This document shows positions 48,401-55,112 of a stretch of DNA of 64,000 nucleotides, piece by piece. The translations under genes and the position numbers were made by a program. Source of the stretch: Heterodontus francisci (lineage: Eukaryota). The notes below the pieces were generated by a model, which was not told where the DNA came from, searched no databases, and was given only the letters and a program-made list of their open reading frames with translations. How positions within the stretch are numbered: the stretch's first letter is position 1; every line of letters begins with the position of its first letter. The stretch is from contig NC_090371.1 of assembly GCF_036365525.1 (NCBI RefSeq), forward strand, positions 94,334,211-94,398,210. The letters run 5' to 3'.

Positions 48401-51274
48401 TTAATTCAGTCTCACTTCTCCACAAGTCACAACGTATTCTTTAAATTTTCCCCTTGATGAAACAATCAATCGGATACACTATGTTTTCCCCCAGAATAGA
48501 ACACACTAAACCAGGTTTCTTTACTGAATAACAAAATTAACAGTTTATAATAAAACAAGTCTTAACTAGTAATGAAGTAAAACAATAGCACATAGATCAA
48601 ATTTTTAAATATCCAACATTAAATTTTTTAAAAGTCCTCTTTTTTCTACCTTAACTGATTTTTAAAGTCCCTTTTTAACCTTAGTCCCTTCACACTCACA
48701 CTCTCACACATATATATCCATATATACCTATACATAAATCGGTTAAACAAAAAAAGTAAAAAAGTATTTTTAGATCAGAGCTCTGTGACAGGCAAAAAAA
48801 CACAAATAGATCACTTGCTCATGTTTTGAAGTAAACAGCAGATGAGATATGTTGTTCCAAACTGACATACAGTCCAACCTTCTGAGCACACGAATCTTTA
48901 GGATCCTTAGAATCTTCCAGAAATTAGTTCTCTCCAGATGGCATTGAAAGTAATTTAGCAGGCCTTCTTGAAATACAGGAAACAAGACAAATTCACAGTG
49001 GATTTCACAGGATGCTTCAGAGATATTGGATATTCTCATTGGAGTGAAGAAGGATGAGAGGTGACTTGATAGAGGGGTACAAGATGATGAGAGGCATAGA
49101 TAGAGTGGATAGCCAGAGACTTTTTCCCAAGGTGGAAAGGGCTATCACCAGGGGGCATAATTTTAAGGTGATTGGAGGACGGTTTCGGGGAGATGTCAGA
49201 GGTAGGTTCTTTACACAGAGAGTGGTGGGTGCGTGGAATGCGCTGCCAGCGGTGGTAGTAGAAGCAGATACGTTAGGGGCATTTAAGCGACTCTTGGATA
49301 GGTACATGGATGATAGTAGAATGAAGGGTAGGTAGTTAGTTTGATCTTAGAGTAGGTTAAAGGTTCGGCACAACATCGTGGGCCGAAGGGCCTGTACTGT
49401 GCTGTACTGTTCTATGTTCTATGTTCTATTTTCCTAAACGAAGCTGGATTGTGGTCTTTTCTTTCTTGACTTCTTCAGGCTTGATGCACGCACTCACTAA
49501 CAGCCAAACAGCTTTACAGTTTTTTTTTCCCAGCCAGATGTTCTGTGCCTGCTACTAGGCTTGTCCAATCAAAGGAGAGTTGTCAATTTTCTGCCCCTGT
49601 TGCTACGGCTTCTGCCATAAGCGTAGCCCGAGCCAGATGACAAACGGTAACACACTGTTGCTAATCCAGTCTATACTGTCCCCTTGATATTAAACATTGA
49701 TTTTAGCTTAATTATAAATCCCCTTTTTTAAAAAAAATATTTTTAACAGAAGAGTCACTTTCATAACACATTGAATGTAATACTGTATGTGGTTCATTAT
49801 GGAAAGGGCAGAGGCTGCAATAATTTGCATATGTCAACATAATTTTTTTTTTACTTTTAAATGTCTACCACAAGGCCCAGGCTCCTTGATTTAAAAAAAA
49901 AACATTCTCCAAACCGTTGGTGCTACATACGCATGTGTAATCCAACATTTGGCAATTCCTACATCTGAAAACTTCTGCCTATTAACTTCTAACTACTGGC
50001 TTCTCTCTCCACTGATGCTGCCAAACCTGTTGAGTATTTCCAGCACTTTCTGTTTTTATTTCAGATTTCCAGCATCCGCAGTATTTTGCTTTCATTGTAA
50101 AGTAGTGATTGTTTTCATGATGGTTGTGTTGCAGCCAGATGAGGAGGGATCACAAGGCTCCCCTCTTGTCCTTCCTCTTATTTGACCGCAGCAGGGTTTT
50201 ATTCCTTATTAAATAGTGGATGTGATTACCACTCCAGTGAGTGTTTTACCTTTTACCTTTGCTGTGATCGTAAAAGAACCAATTGACCCATTGGACAGGT
50301 TTTCTTGAGTTTAAACAAGTAACAGGTGAGTTTATTATACTTAACAATCTAAACCCAATCTAAATAAAATAATAAAATTATGCTGCACATTTACACACAC
50401 ACACACTGAGAATCACACACGCAAATAGATTACAAAGTGATGATGAATAGAGTTGTGGTTGGATTAGAGTCCAGAACAAATAAAAATTAATACACAGTCT
50501 GTTGGGTTGGGTGATTCCGTTGTCTTCCAGCTGAAGTTATGTTCTTGAAATCTTTGGCTGGTAGAAGTGCACTTCATGGCTGGCCCACCTGGCTCAGGGT
50601 TTTCTTGGAGGCACAACTGTAGGTGGCATTCTTCCTCTGATGTCTTTTTCTTGGATCCAGCAATTGGTAGCTAGGCTTCGCAAGCCCCACCAGGCCTTCT
50701 AGAGAGAGAGAGAGAGAGGCCTTCTGCCCTTTTCGCAGTTTGAGTCTCTGGCTTGTCTGCCTTGTCCAAGGGAAATTCCTTGCTTTCACAGAAACGGACA
50801 GATGGTCACATGACTGTCTCAGAGTATTCTCTGGTACCTTCCAATGAGATTCAAGTTTAGGAATTTCAGTCTCAGGCCTCATGGTGTTAATGTTCACACC
50901 TGGAGAGGTTCGTCCTTTCAGCGTTGATGTCTCAGGATGGCTTTGAATGCCTTGTTAATGAAAGCAATCTGAGGTAGTTCAATCAATAGAGCAAGCCATT
51001 GTTTTGGGTATAGACTTATCAGACATGTGTCTCCACTTTGATGTCTTGGAATGTGCAAGGTGTTCAAATGCAAATGGTGATGGTCATTTTTAGCTGTGGC
51101 CAAGTCTTTGTAAAAATGGTCTAATATTCCAGCTTTTCTTTTTTAAATTTGATGTAAGTTTCCAACCGATGAATTGAAAATTATCACTTGGCAGAGCATG
51201 TTTTGTTGACAATTGCAATTTTTTTTTACTTGCAGGCTGGATTTTTCAGAAGGCCTTTAAAAGAAAAAATGTGA
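285..51274 (+). CDS. ITGA1: Integrin alpha-1 (collagen-binding I-domain integrin clade), 3' part of a spliced gene: 14 coding exons; the 5' exons lie upstream of the window
   Basis: Exons at 285-421, 5743-5853, 13587-13672, 14632-14767, 22617-22697, 24687-24763, 25129-25218, 25890-25992, 29243-29356, 34503-34613, 35358-35465, 38945-39040, 43363-43476 and 51236-51274 all have AG acceptors and phase-compatible donors and join into one open frame. Motifs: GPVLD, FTKDCG..C..DL, ENAYN, CKVGYPFL, a TM helix VPIWVIILSVLAGLLLLALAIFALWK, and tail GFFRRPLKEKM, closest to the ITGA1 tail GFFKRPLKKKMEK as I recall it. Confidence 0.9.
561..1935 (+). mobile_element. CR1 (HER1-like) LINE, 5'-truncated, RT to 3' end
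   Basis: ORFs 585-1238 and 1316-1843 carry QHGF, YMDFSKAFDKVPH, GVPQGSVLGP, KFADD and LERVQRRFTR. A stop and frameshift separate them; the element ends in (TTCTATG)n. Confidence 0.93.
2036..2765. mobile_element. GC-rich non-autonomous MITE, probably PIF/Harbinger-derived
   Basis: Imperfect TIRs gggcaggattttcc ... gaatttccagccc; related copies occur at 9600, 35663 and 44669. Confidence 0.6.
4185..5330 (-). mobile_element. CR1/Jockey-group LINE (second family), 3' fragment
   Basis: Reverse complement of the 11390-12990 element; same 3' end (agggcaattagggatgg...aaatgctggcc). Confidence 0.85.
5743..5853 (+). CDS. ITGA1: ITGA1 exon (111 nt): DAPDFLNPVEILVKFALSNPKEGPVLDVNLPKKKKVL
   Basis: cttttcag acceptor, gtaact donor, GPVLD motif, phase 0/0. 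Confidence 0.9.
5915..7585 (+). mobile_element. L2-type LINE 3' fragment, interrupted by a CR1 at about 6641-7497
   Basis: Encodes 'WL.VKQR..FKIL.LVFK.LHGLAP.YL..LL' and resumes at about 7500 with the L2/Deu-SINE-type tail ctgtgaagtgccttgggatg...gctatatgaat. Confidence 0.75.
6641..7497 (-). mobile_element. CR1 LINE 3' fragment
   Basis: ORF 6882-7502 (-) with WQMEFNPDKCEVMHFG and LERVQRRFTRMLPG, plus the CR1 3' tail. Confidence 0.92.
9005..9390 (-). mobile_element. Deu-domain SINE (SacSINE1-like)
   Basis: Reverse complement carries aaaagatcccatggc, the central Deu-type block and an L2-like tail; other pieces at about 10560-10703, 15180-15275 and 32410-32580. Confidence 0.7.
9600..10309. mobile_element. 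GC-rich MITE (Harbinger-type termini)
   Basis: Termini ggctgcatttt ... aaaatccagctc; internal similarity to 2036-2765 and 35663-36314. Confidence 0.55.
11073..11390 (-). mobile_element. 3' end of the second LINE family, abutting a + strand copy
   Basis: Reverse complement of about 12670-12985. Confidence 0.8.
11391..12990 (+). mobile_element. CR1/Jockey-group LINE (second family), RT to 3' end, degraded
   Basis: ORFs 11370-11672, 11573-11800 and 11828-12688 carry KAMGPDNI, NYRPISLLS, QFGFR, ALDIKAAFDRVWH, VPQGSVLGP and MFADD. Confidence 0.9.
13587..13672 (+). CDS. ITGA1: ITGA1 exon (86 nt): VSFTKDCGEDEECINDLTLSAQADLTGN(S), genu region
   Basis: caccag acceptor, AG|gtaata donor, conserved F.KDCG....C..DL genu motif. 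Confidence 0.9.
14632..14767 (+). CDS. ITGA1: ITGA1 exon (136 nt): MHPHIVQPDQKKFSLAIKLINQKENAYNSRLAVTFSKNIYFTGVE
   Basis: ttacag acceptor, GAG|gtaagg donor, calf-1 N..ENAYN motif; phase 2 start completes the AG+T codon. Confidence 0.9.
15320..15720 (+). mobile_element. Second-family LINE fragment, left half; continues at 20472-20880 after a hAT insertion
   Basis: Collinear with 12195-12590; the sequence resumes exactly after the 8-bp duplication. Confidence 0.85.
15721..20471. mobile_element. Non-autonomous hAT-type DNA transposon (about 450 bp of own sequence) carrying a nested CR1
   Basis: Exact 12-bp TIR taaaggcctgct ... agcaggccttta; exact 8-bp TSD ctccatcc (15713-15720, 20472-20479); subterminal acccga/tcgggt arrays. 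Confidence 0.85.
16018..20321 (-). mobile_element. Near full-length CR1 LINE (5' UTR, ORF1 zinc finger plus SGNH esterase, ORF2 APE-RT), frameshifted
   Basis: ORF1 pieces: CSSC..CRKC (19523-19975) and VIGDSIVRG..VVVHIGTND (19098-19700). ORF2 pieces: YFNARSL/ITETWL, VGDFN, SDHN and a 412-aa RT with KFADD (16096-17334). Possible 6-bp TSD cactta. Confidence 0.93.
20472..20880 (+). mobile_element. Second-family LINE fragment, right half with 3' tail
   Basis: Continues 15320-15720; ends tagggatgggcaataaatgctggcc...catgaataaataaaaaa. Confidence 0.85.
22617..22697 (+). CDS. ITGA1: ITGA1 exon (81 nt): QNDDCMSSGPNNVTCKVGYPFLTPGAE
   Basis: Poly-T tract then aag acceptor, GAG|gtagga donor, CKVGYPFL motif. 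Confidence 0.9.
23490..24480. repeat. Degenerate MITE-like repeat with a C-rich low-complexity core
   Basis: The start resembles 53290-53630 and the reverse complement of 5400-5600; it ends aaatccagcc; C-rich run about 23820-24400. Confidence 0.45.
24687..24763 (+). CDS. ITGA1: ITGA1 exon (77 nt): VSFKMKFEFNTSHLLGDVYLHLEAT(S)
   Basis: tctcattctcag acceptor, AG|gtacag donor, F.FN.S.L motif. Confidence 0.9.
25129..25218 (+). CDS. ITGA1: ITGA1 exon (90 nt): DSSELNETLSDNEVTISIPVLYEAGLLFS(R)
   Basis: tatttcag acceptor, AG|gtaaca donor, SDS.E..TL.DN.V...IPV.YE motif. Confidence 0.9.
25890..25992 (+). CDS. ITGA1: ITGA1 exon (103 nt): IIKDDHFKIAANDTIPDVIKSIEEIGDAADITYM
   Basis: Pyrimidine tract and cag acceptor, ATG|gtaagg donor; the IAAN.T.P..I.S.E.IG pattern matches recalled ITGA1. 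Confidence 0.9.
26737..28671 (-). mobile_element. Degraded PIF/Harbinger transposon relic with a Myb/SANT-like ORF
   Basis: Imperfect inverted termini of about 65 bp (ggtgaaaattgataataccgaaaatgggcat... and ...cattttcggggttatcgaattttgcagcc). ORF 28197-28418 (-) RAPRFSNNALVALKQVVVRRRDVIYP resembles the Harbinger Myb/SANT (NAIF1-like) N-terminus. Confidence 0.65.
29243..29356 (+). CDS. ITGA1: ITGA1 exon (114 nt): IHNDGVFPISHLKMTITFPYISPENNTLLYLTGMAFSS
   Basis: ttttactcccag acceptor, gtaagt donor, G.FP...L..TI.FP......LLYLTG motif. Confidence 0.9.
29799..30113 (-). mobile_element. RTE-clade LINE 3' end with an 18-bp TSD
   Basis: ORF 29854-30120 (-): WESVA...WR.AIK.G...EKRQRRK...C..CGR.C.SRIGLYSH.R.C. 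Exact direct repeat caaacaaatagcctcatc at 29781-29798 and 30114-30131. Confidence 0.85.
31283..31552 (+). mobile_element. tRNA-derived SINE (partner of the second LINE family)
   Basis: A-box-like tggcgtagttgt and B-box ggttcaaatccc; same body as 37490-37775, 47350-48120 (-) and 56860-57195 (-). Confidence 0.75.
32041..32076 (+). ncRNA. Hammerhead-ribozyme-like core in a Penelope-type repeat fragment
   Basis: CUGAUGA (32044-32050), stem II aggtc-atc-gacct, then GAAAC. The downstream helix III/I part is degenerate. Confidence 0.5.
32630..33745 (+). mobile_element. Old CR1 LINE fragment with an internal deletion
   Basis: Endonuclease-end and linker sequence (LG.SDH, LNEYF.S.FT, SPGPDG.H) jumps at about 33405 to the C-terminal SRTRGH..FFTQRVVNLWNSL and the 3' tail. 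Confidence 0.8.
33746..34215 (-). mobile_element. Second-family LINE fragment
   Basis: ORF 33876-34139 (-) LTPQSLSTIY.AQ..S..Y.PLA, homologous to 12430-12800. Confidence 0.8.
34503..34613 (+). CDS. ITGA1: ITGA1 exon (111 nt): NNLVSCHDSLFMDPLKIRTKKPHKPAPEEEHLINTIG
   Basis: ggcag acceptor after a T-rich tract, GGG|gtaatt donor, C......DPL.I motif, phase 0/0. Confidence 0.85.
35358..35465 (+). CDS. ITGA1: ITGA1 exon (108 nt): MCKNNAGCAYFFCTIYPSSLVQFNMSLRIWKPTFIQ
   Basis: ctaacag acceptor, CAA|gtaagt donor, C.....C....C and WKPTFI motifs. Confidence 0.9.
35663..36314. mobile_element. GC-rich MITE (Harbinger-type termini)
   Basis: Termini gagctgaatttt ... aaaattctggcc. Confidence 0.55.
36560..37405 (+). 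mobile_element. L2-type LINE 3' fragment with two small Penelope-type insertions
   Basis: Collinear with 6050-6640 plus 7500-7585; inserts at about 36747-36843 and 36943-37025. Confidence 0.7.
37490..37775 (+). mobile_element. tRNA-derived SINE copy
   Basis: Homologous to 31283-31552. Confidence 0.7.
37910..38529. mobile_element. Fold-back (palindromic) Penelope-type element with a 14-bp TSD
   Basis: Two 292-bp arms (37946-38237 and 38238-38529) with no spacer and about 3 mismatches; direct repeat ccatggagcatcca at 37896-37909 and 38530-38543. Confidence 0.85.
38429..38465 (+). ncRNA. Minimal type-I hammerhead-like motif (antisense copy at 38010-38046)
   Basis: agtt-CCGAAGA-a-gggtc(act)gaccc-GAAAC-GUU-aact: helix I agtt/aact, a 5-bp helix II and palindromic AACGUU in place of helix III. 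Confidence 0.6.
38945..39040 (+). CDS. ITGA1: ITGA1 exon (96 nt): ANFNSIGLIITATLTIEDSPLVVLSKAMERRT
   Basis: T-tract and acag acceptor, gtgagt donor, in frame between the flanking exons. Confidence 0.85.
39280..40300 (-). mobile_element. Old, degraded L2-like LINE remnant
   Basis: Purine-rich strand bias and weak resemblance to the reverse complement of L2 ORF2; no intact ORF. Confidence 0.35.
41211..42310 (-). mobile_element. Solo-LTR-like element (contains the assembly gap and a short CR1 tail at about 41710-41770)
   Basis: TGT...ACA termini and clear homology to 50127-51211 (ccaggtgaggagggg..ggctccc; aggttttcttgagtttaaacaag). Confidence 0.65.
41437..41570. other. Assembly gap (134 N)
   Basis: Run of n characters. 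Confidence 0.99.
43363..43476 (+). CDS. ITGA1: ITGA1 transmembrane exon (114 nt): VTLTVSKESHGGVPIWVIILSVLAGLLLLALAIFALWK
   Basis: ttgcag acceptor, AAG|gtaagt donor, typical integrin alpha TM helix ending LWK. Confidence 0.95.
44402..44482 (+). mobile_element. Harbinger Myb/SANT-like coding remnant
   Basis: Translates as VHRFSDIALEVLVKGVQRRKDVLHPQG, homologous to the 28197-28418 ORF. Confidence 0.55.
44497..45655 (-). mobile_element. Deu-domain SINE (SacSINE1-like), split by a MITE at 44669-45362
   Basis: Tail at 44500-44668; Deu body and tRNA-like head at 45363-45655; the insert has gggcaggatttt ... aaaattctactc termini. Confidence 0.75.
47350..48120 (-). mobile_element. tRNA-derived SINE interrupted by an internally deleted CR1 fragment (about 47625-48005)
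   Basis: SINE tail and body at 47350-47624, head at 48006-48120; the insert encodes NEYFASV joined to CNSLPERVV and a CR1 tail. Confidence 0.75.
48364..49768 (-). mobile_element. Solo-LTR-like element with a nested young CR1 tail
   Basis: tgtcac ... ataaca termini; organisation similar to the other two LTR-like units. Boundaries are approximate. Confidence 0.45.
49033..49428 (+). mobile_element. CR1 3' end, nearly identical to 1542-1935
   Basis: The ORF 49054-49335 peptide differs at only a few residues from the end of ORF 1316-1843; same tail. Confidence 0.93.
50005..50092 (+). mobile_element. Penelope-type terminal repeat fragment
   Basis: ctctctccactgatgctgcc...ttccagcatccgcagtattttgcttt matches the reverse complement of 37913-38005. 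Confidence 0.7.
50127..51211 (-). mobile_element. Solo-LTR-like element (Gypsy-like 4-bp TSD)
   Basis: TGT...ACA termini, flanks gttg and attg, homology to 41211-42310. Confidence 0.65.
51236..51274 (+). CDS. ITGA1: ITGA1 last coding exon: AGFFRRPLKEKM-stop
   Basis: ttttttttacttgcag acceptor, GFFxR cytoplasmic motif, TGA at 51272-51274. Confidence 0.93.
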   Translation, partial: AGFFRRPLKEKM

Positions 51275-51357
51275 AAAGTCACAAAAGGATATTGGAAGCA
51301 CAGTGGAAGACAAGATCTTTGTAGGTCACTAAATTCCAATTGCATCATGGGAGAAAC

Positions 51358-51363
51358 AATAAA
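51358..51363 (+). promoter_or_regulatory. Candidate proximal polyadenylation signal AATAAA
   Basis: First AATAAA after the stop codon. The context is AT-rich, so it may be chance. Confidence 0.25.
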
Positions 51364-52671
51364 AGTTGTAAAATTATGTTCATGATGAAAATAATTTACA
51401 GTGTCATGCATGAGAAAAATGTTATCCAAAATCTCTTCATTCGTTCATTCGTTAATACAATGTATATATTTAACATTTTTATATATTACTAAAAACATAT
51501 TTATGCATTATAAACTATTTGAAATTCTCACACTCTTATGCACCATTCAAACTGATTATTTTAAGTACTGCGCAGTTTCACCTGTCCTCCTGTGGACTAG
51601 TTATTTTTATTAAAACAGATAATGATCACTGCTCATTTTGCTGATATTTTTAAAGATAATCTGTACATTGCTGAGGGAATGTAGATTTTTTTTGGTATTG
51701 TCAGTTTTAAAGATCCTGCTCAATTGTCACGTTGTGACTGCATATGCTGGCAGATGCTTTTTAAATTTGTAGGTTTAAAAGTGTTGTCAAACAATGTGAT
51801 ATTTACAGGCAAACATAAACATATATTTCTTTTGAATAGAGCTTTTTTTAACGGCAGCTGAATATGACCTTATTGATGGTAGGAGGTGTACATAATTTGA
51901 ATTTTCCAACCTGTTTACTTCTAGAGCAAATAGATAACCAATCAGACATGTGATTAAAAGAATGATTGTATATAATGAGTGCAATGTGCATTGATACTGA
52001 AGGACAGATGACAAGAAAGGACAGGATTTTGAGCTACCGATATTGAGAAAATAAAACAAATTTGGAAACTCAGAAGGATAAAGATCAATGAAGAGCAACA
52101 ATGATAGACTGGAAGAGGGAAACTTATCAAACAGAAATATAGCAGGCCATATCGTCGTGGTAATCAGTCAGAAAAGCTGGATGCTATGCATAGGTTTCCA
52201 CTGGCCATCATTGTAAGTTTGGGGAAAGAAACTTCTTTGGGATCTGACAGAAGGTCAGCCTAGATAGTTGAAGCTTACCTTACTGTCCACCAGCAGATGT
52301 AGAGTTCCCCTTGGCATCCAGGCTGGGATAGAGAACAGTGATTTGACCTAAATTTATTTTAAAATTTTGAAGCGACCTAGCTTTTTTCATGGTGGGTGGG
52401 GTGGGGGAATAACATGGCAACCTTTCTCTTAACTCAGATATCCTCCACTGAACTTCTGACTTTTTCATTGAGGAGTTGGTTGGGATGTGGCATTAGGGAG
52501 GGATGCTCAAATGTGTTCCTAGCCCACCAGAGACATTTAAATGGTAATACATGCCCTCACCTGGCAAACAAGAGCAGAATCTAAGGCATAGATTCCTGAT
52601 AGATAGAGCATTGAAGAGTAGGGTTAAATCCTATTGCAATCAAAAATAAGGAGAATGCAGAAACATGTGTT

Positions 52672-52985
52672 TTTTTAGAGATACAGCACTGAAACAGGCC
52701 CTTGGGCCCACCGAGTCTGTGCCAACCAACAACCACCCATTTTATACTAATCCTACATTAATCCCATATTCCCTACCACATCCCCACCATTCTCCTACCA
52801 CCTACCTACACTAGGGGCAATTTACAATGGCCAATTTACCTATTAACCTGCAAGTCTTTGGCTGTGGGAGGAAACCGGAGCACCCAGCAGAAACCCACGC
52901 GTTCACAGGGAGAACTTGCAAACTCCGCACAGGCAGTACCCAGAACTGAACCCATGTCGCTGGGGCTGTGCTGCCCTGTGCCACG
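52672..52985 (-). mobile_element. V-SINE (HE1-like)
   Basis: Reverse complement of the V-domain gggtttc..gggtgctccggtttcctcccac and a CR1/HER1-derived tail gggcctgtttcagtgctgtatctcta. Confidence 0.85.
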
Positions 52986-53324
52986 TGTTAGTTCTTTGCA
53001 AGTGAAAAAAAAATCAAATGTAGTTTTCTTGTCAAATTATTAGATATTTTATAATCTATAGCAGATATAGATGTTAACTGGTATTAAACTGGGAAATGAA
53101 AGTCAAGCTGGTTTGGAGAGGGCTTTTGCACTGGAACTTGCAGATACTCGAGAGCCAGAACAGCCTGGCGTCCTCTACAGGGTATGTGAGGCCTGTGTAC
53201 AGAGGGAAAACAATCGCGTGTCTACATAACCAATTAGATTGAAAAGGCCTTACTGAGACACATGGGAGTTGAATCAGATGTTACAAATTTTAAAAATTTG
53301 AAATCTGACACCAACCCATCCTCT

Positions 53325-53539
53325 AAAATAAAAGCAAAATACTGTAGCTGCTGGAAATCTGAAATTAAAACAAAATGCTGGAAATACTCAGTAAGTCTGG
53401 ATCCATCTCTCCATCTGTGGAGAGAGAAACAAAGTTAACGTTCTGATAACAGTCACAGACATGGAACGTTAACTCTGTTTCTCTCTCCACAGATGCTGCT
53501 AGATATGCTGAGTATTTCCAGCACTTTCTGCTTTTATAT
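53325..53539. mobile_element. Short, degenerate fold-back Penelope-type element
   Basis: Inverted arms (gctggaaatactcag...catctgtggagagagaaac.aagttaacgtt and aacgttaactctgtttctctctccacagatg...ctgagtatttccagc); imperfect flanking repeat caacccatcctct / caacccacccact. Confidence 0.7.
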
Positions 53540-54027
53540 CAACCCACCCACTTCTGGGTTTAATGGAGGCAAAACAAGGAGCAAGCAGCAAACCTGCTCC
53601 TAGGAGGCAGGAGGAGAAGGCTTTACAGAATTGTTTGTGGAAGGAGCAAGAGTACTATCCCCTGCCACCCCCCCCCGCCCCACACCCCCCAAAATCCCTT
53701 GTTCCCTTTTCAGACCGCCCTCTACCCTCCACCCAATACAAAACCCTCAGGTTCAGGGATTGACCGCACCTCCTCCAACCACCCCCCAGCCCCCACCCAG
53801 GATCGAATCACCAATCAAGCTGACGTCCAGATGGGGAAACTATCAAGGACAAAAGACTTATGCTGCAGATTTAAAAGGCCACAGCACCTGGTTTCATATG
53901 TCCCTTGTCCAACACACTGTGCTCATTGCCCCCTTTCCCACCCCCCACCCCCAACTGGCCTACGTAACTCACCCCCGCCCCCTTAATATCCAGGCCACAG
54001 AGTCGAAAGCAGACGCATGATCTAGAA

Positions 54028-55112
54028 CAGGGGTATCCAGCCTTTTCACATGAGGGGCCACCTTACAATGTTTGTCCTGCATAGGGGGCTGGTGAGCAAA
54101 GTTCTGAAAGATAAAGGCATTAGAAATTTATCTTGCTATTAATCAAAACAATAAAAAATGTGCATTTTTGTGAACAAGCTCTAAATGAGAAGACTAATTT
54201 ATTAACTTACTTTCTCATCACTATGCTGCAATGATTCTAGTGAGATATCTGGCATTTTGTTTGCTTGCACAAGTTGTCATTGTCTGCCAGCACACTTGAT
54301 GTAGCAATGCAGACTATCCGGATAAATGTCCATCTGTCAGGAGTGATCTTGATTTTCTTTTGATGCTTTTCATTCTTGAAAAAAGCTGTTTGCAGCAATA
54401 TGTGCTACCAAATAGCGCAATGAATCAAAGGGTATGTTTTGATAGATTTTGATAAGACACTGAGAGAACATATTGACCATAAAAATGTCAGAAGGTCATG
54501 CTTCTTCATGTCACTGTCATTTTGGATCTGCGGTAGGTGGTTACATATGACAAATTTGAAAATGTACACGAGCACTGAACACTGATCCACCAGAACAAAC
54601 TAACTTCCAAACAGTTACAAAACTACCAACAAGTCGATGCTTTCACTGACCGACACTTCCCCCAGCACACAACTAAAACCTTGGTCATAAAAACAATAGG
54701 GCATACTGGGTAAAAGAAATTACCAACATCTGCTTTTCCAACAATTCCTCCCTTCACCCACCATGAACAGGAGTGGAAAAACACTGTTGCTTGGCGCCGG
54801 CCCTGCACTCTGAATCATACATCACCTCCCTCCGCCAGTACCATCCCCTGCCCCACTTCCATTGGTCAGCACCCCCTGATTGACAGCACCAGTCTTCCCA
54901 GCGTGTCCCACCTCCCCTGTGCCCCCGAGTGACTTTTCAGGTACAAGCTACACTGCAGCAGCTCTCCACTCGCTTACTACTAACAGCTGGAGGACACAAA
55001 TGGAACAAAATCAATCTTGCCCCTTTCTGTTCACAAGTTATGAAGAATTGGCAGTCTGGATAGAAACCTTTGGCCGGATTCTGGCCTGTGGGCCGTATTT
55101 TGGACAACCCTG
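54028..55112 (-). mobile_element. Deleted hAT (Charlie/SPIN-like) DNA transposon with a transposase C-terminal remnant
   Basis: TIRs caggggtatcca ... tggacaaccctg; left flank atctagaa (Charlie-type target); the minus strand near 54320-54425 reads FIALFGSTYCCKQLFSRMK...LTDGHL (hAT dimerisation domain). Confidence 0.75.

Noticed and set aside
285-51274. Alternative identification as ITGA2, ITGA10 or ITGA11
   Set aside because: The tail (RPLKEKM), TM start (VPIWVI) and several exon peptides fit recalled ITGA1 better; a phylogeny would settle it.
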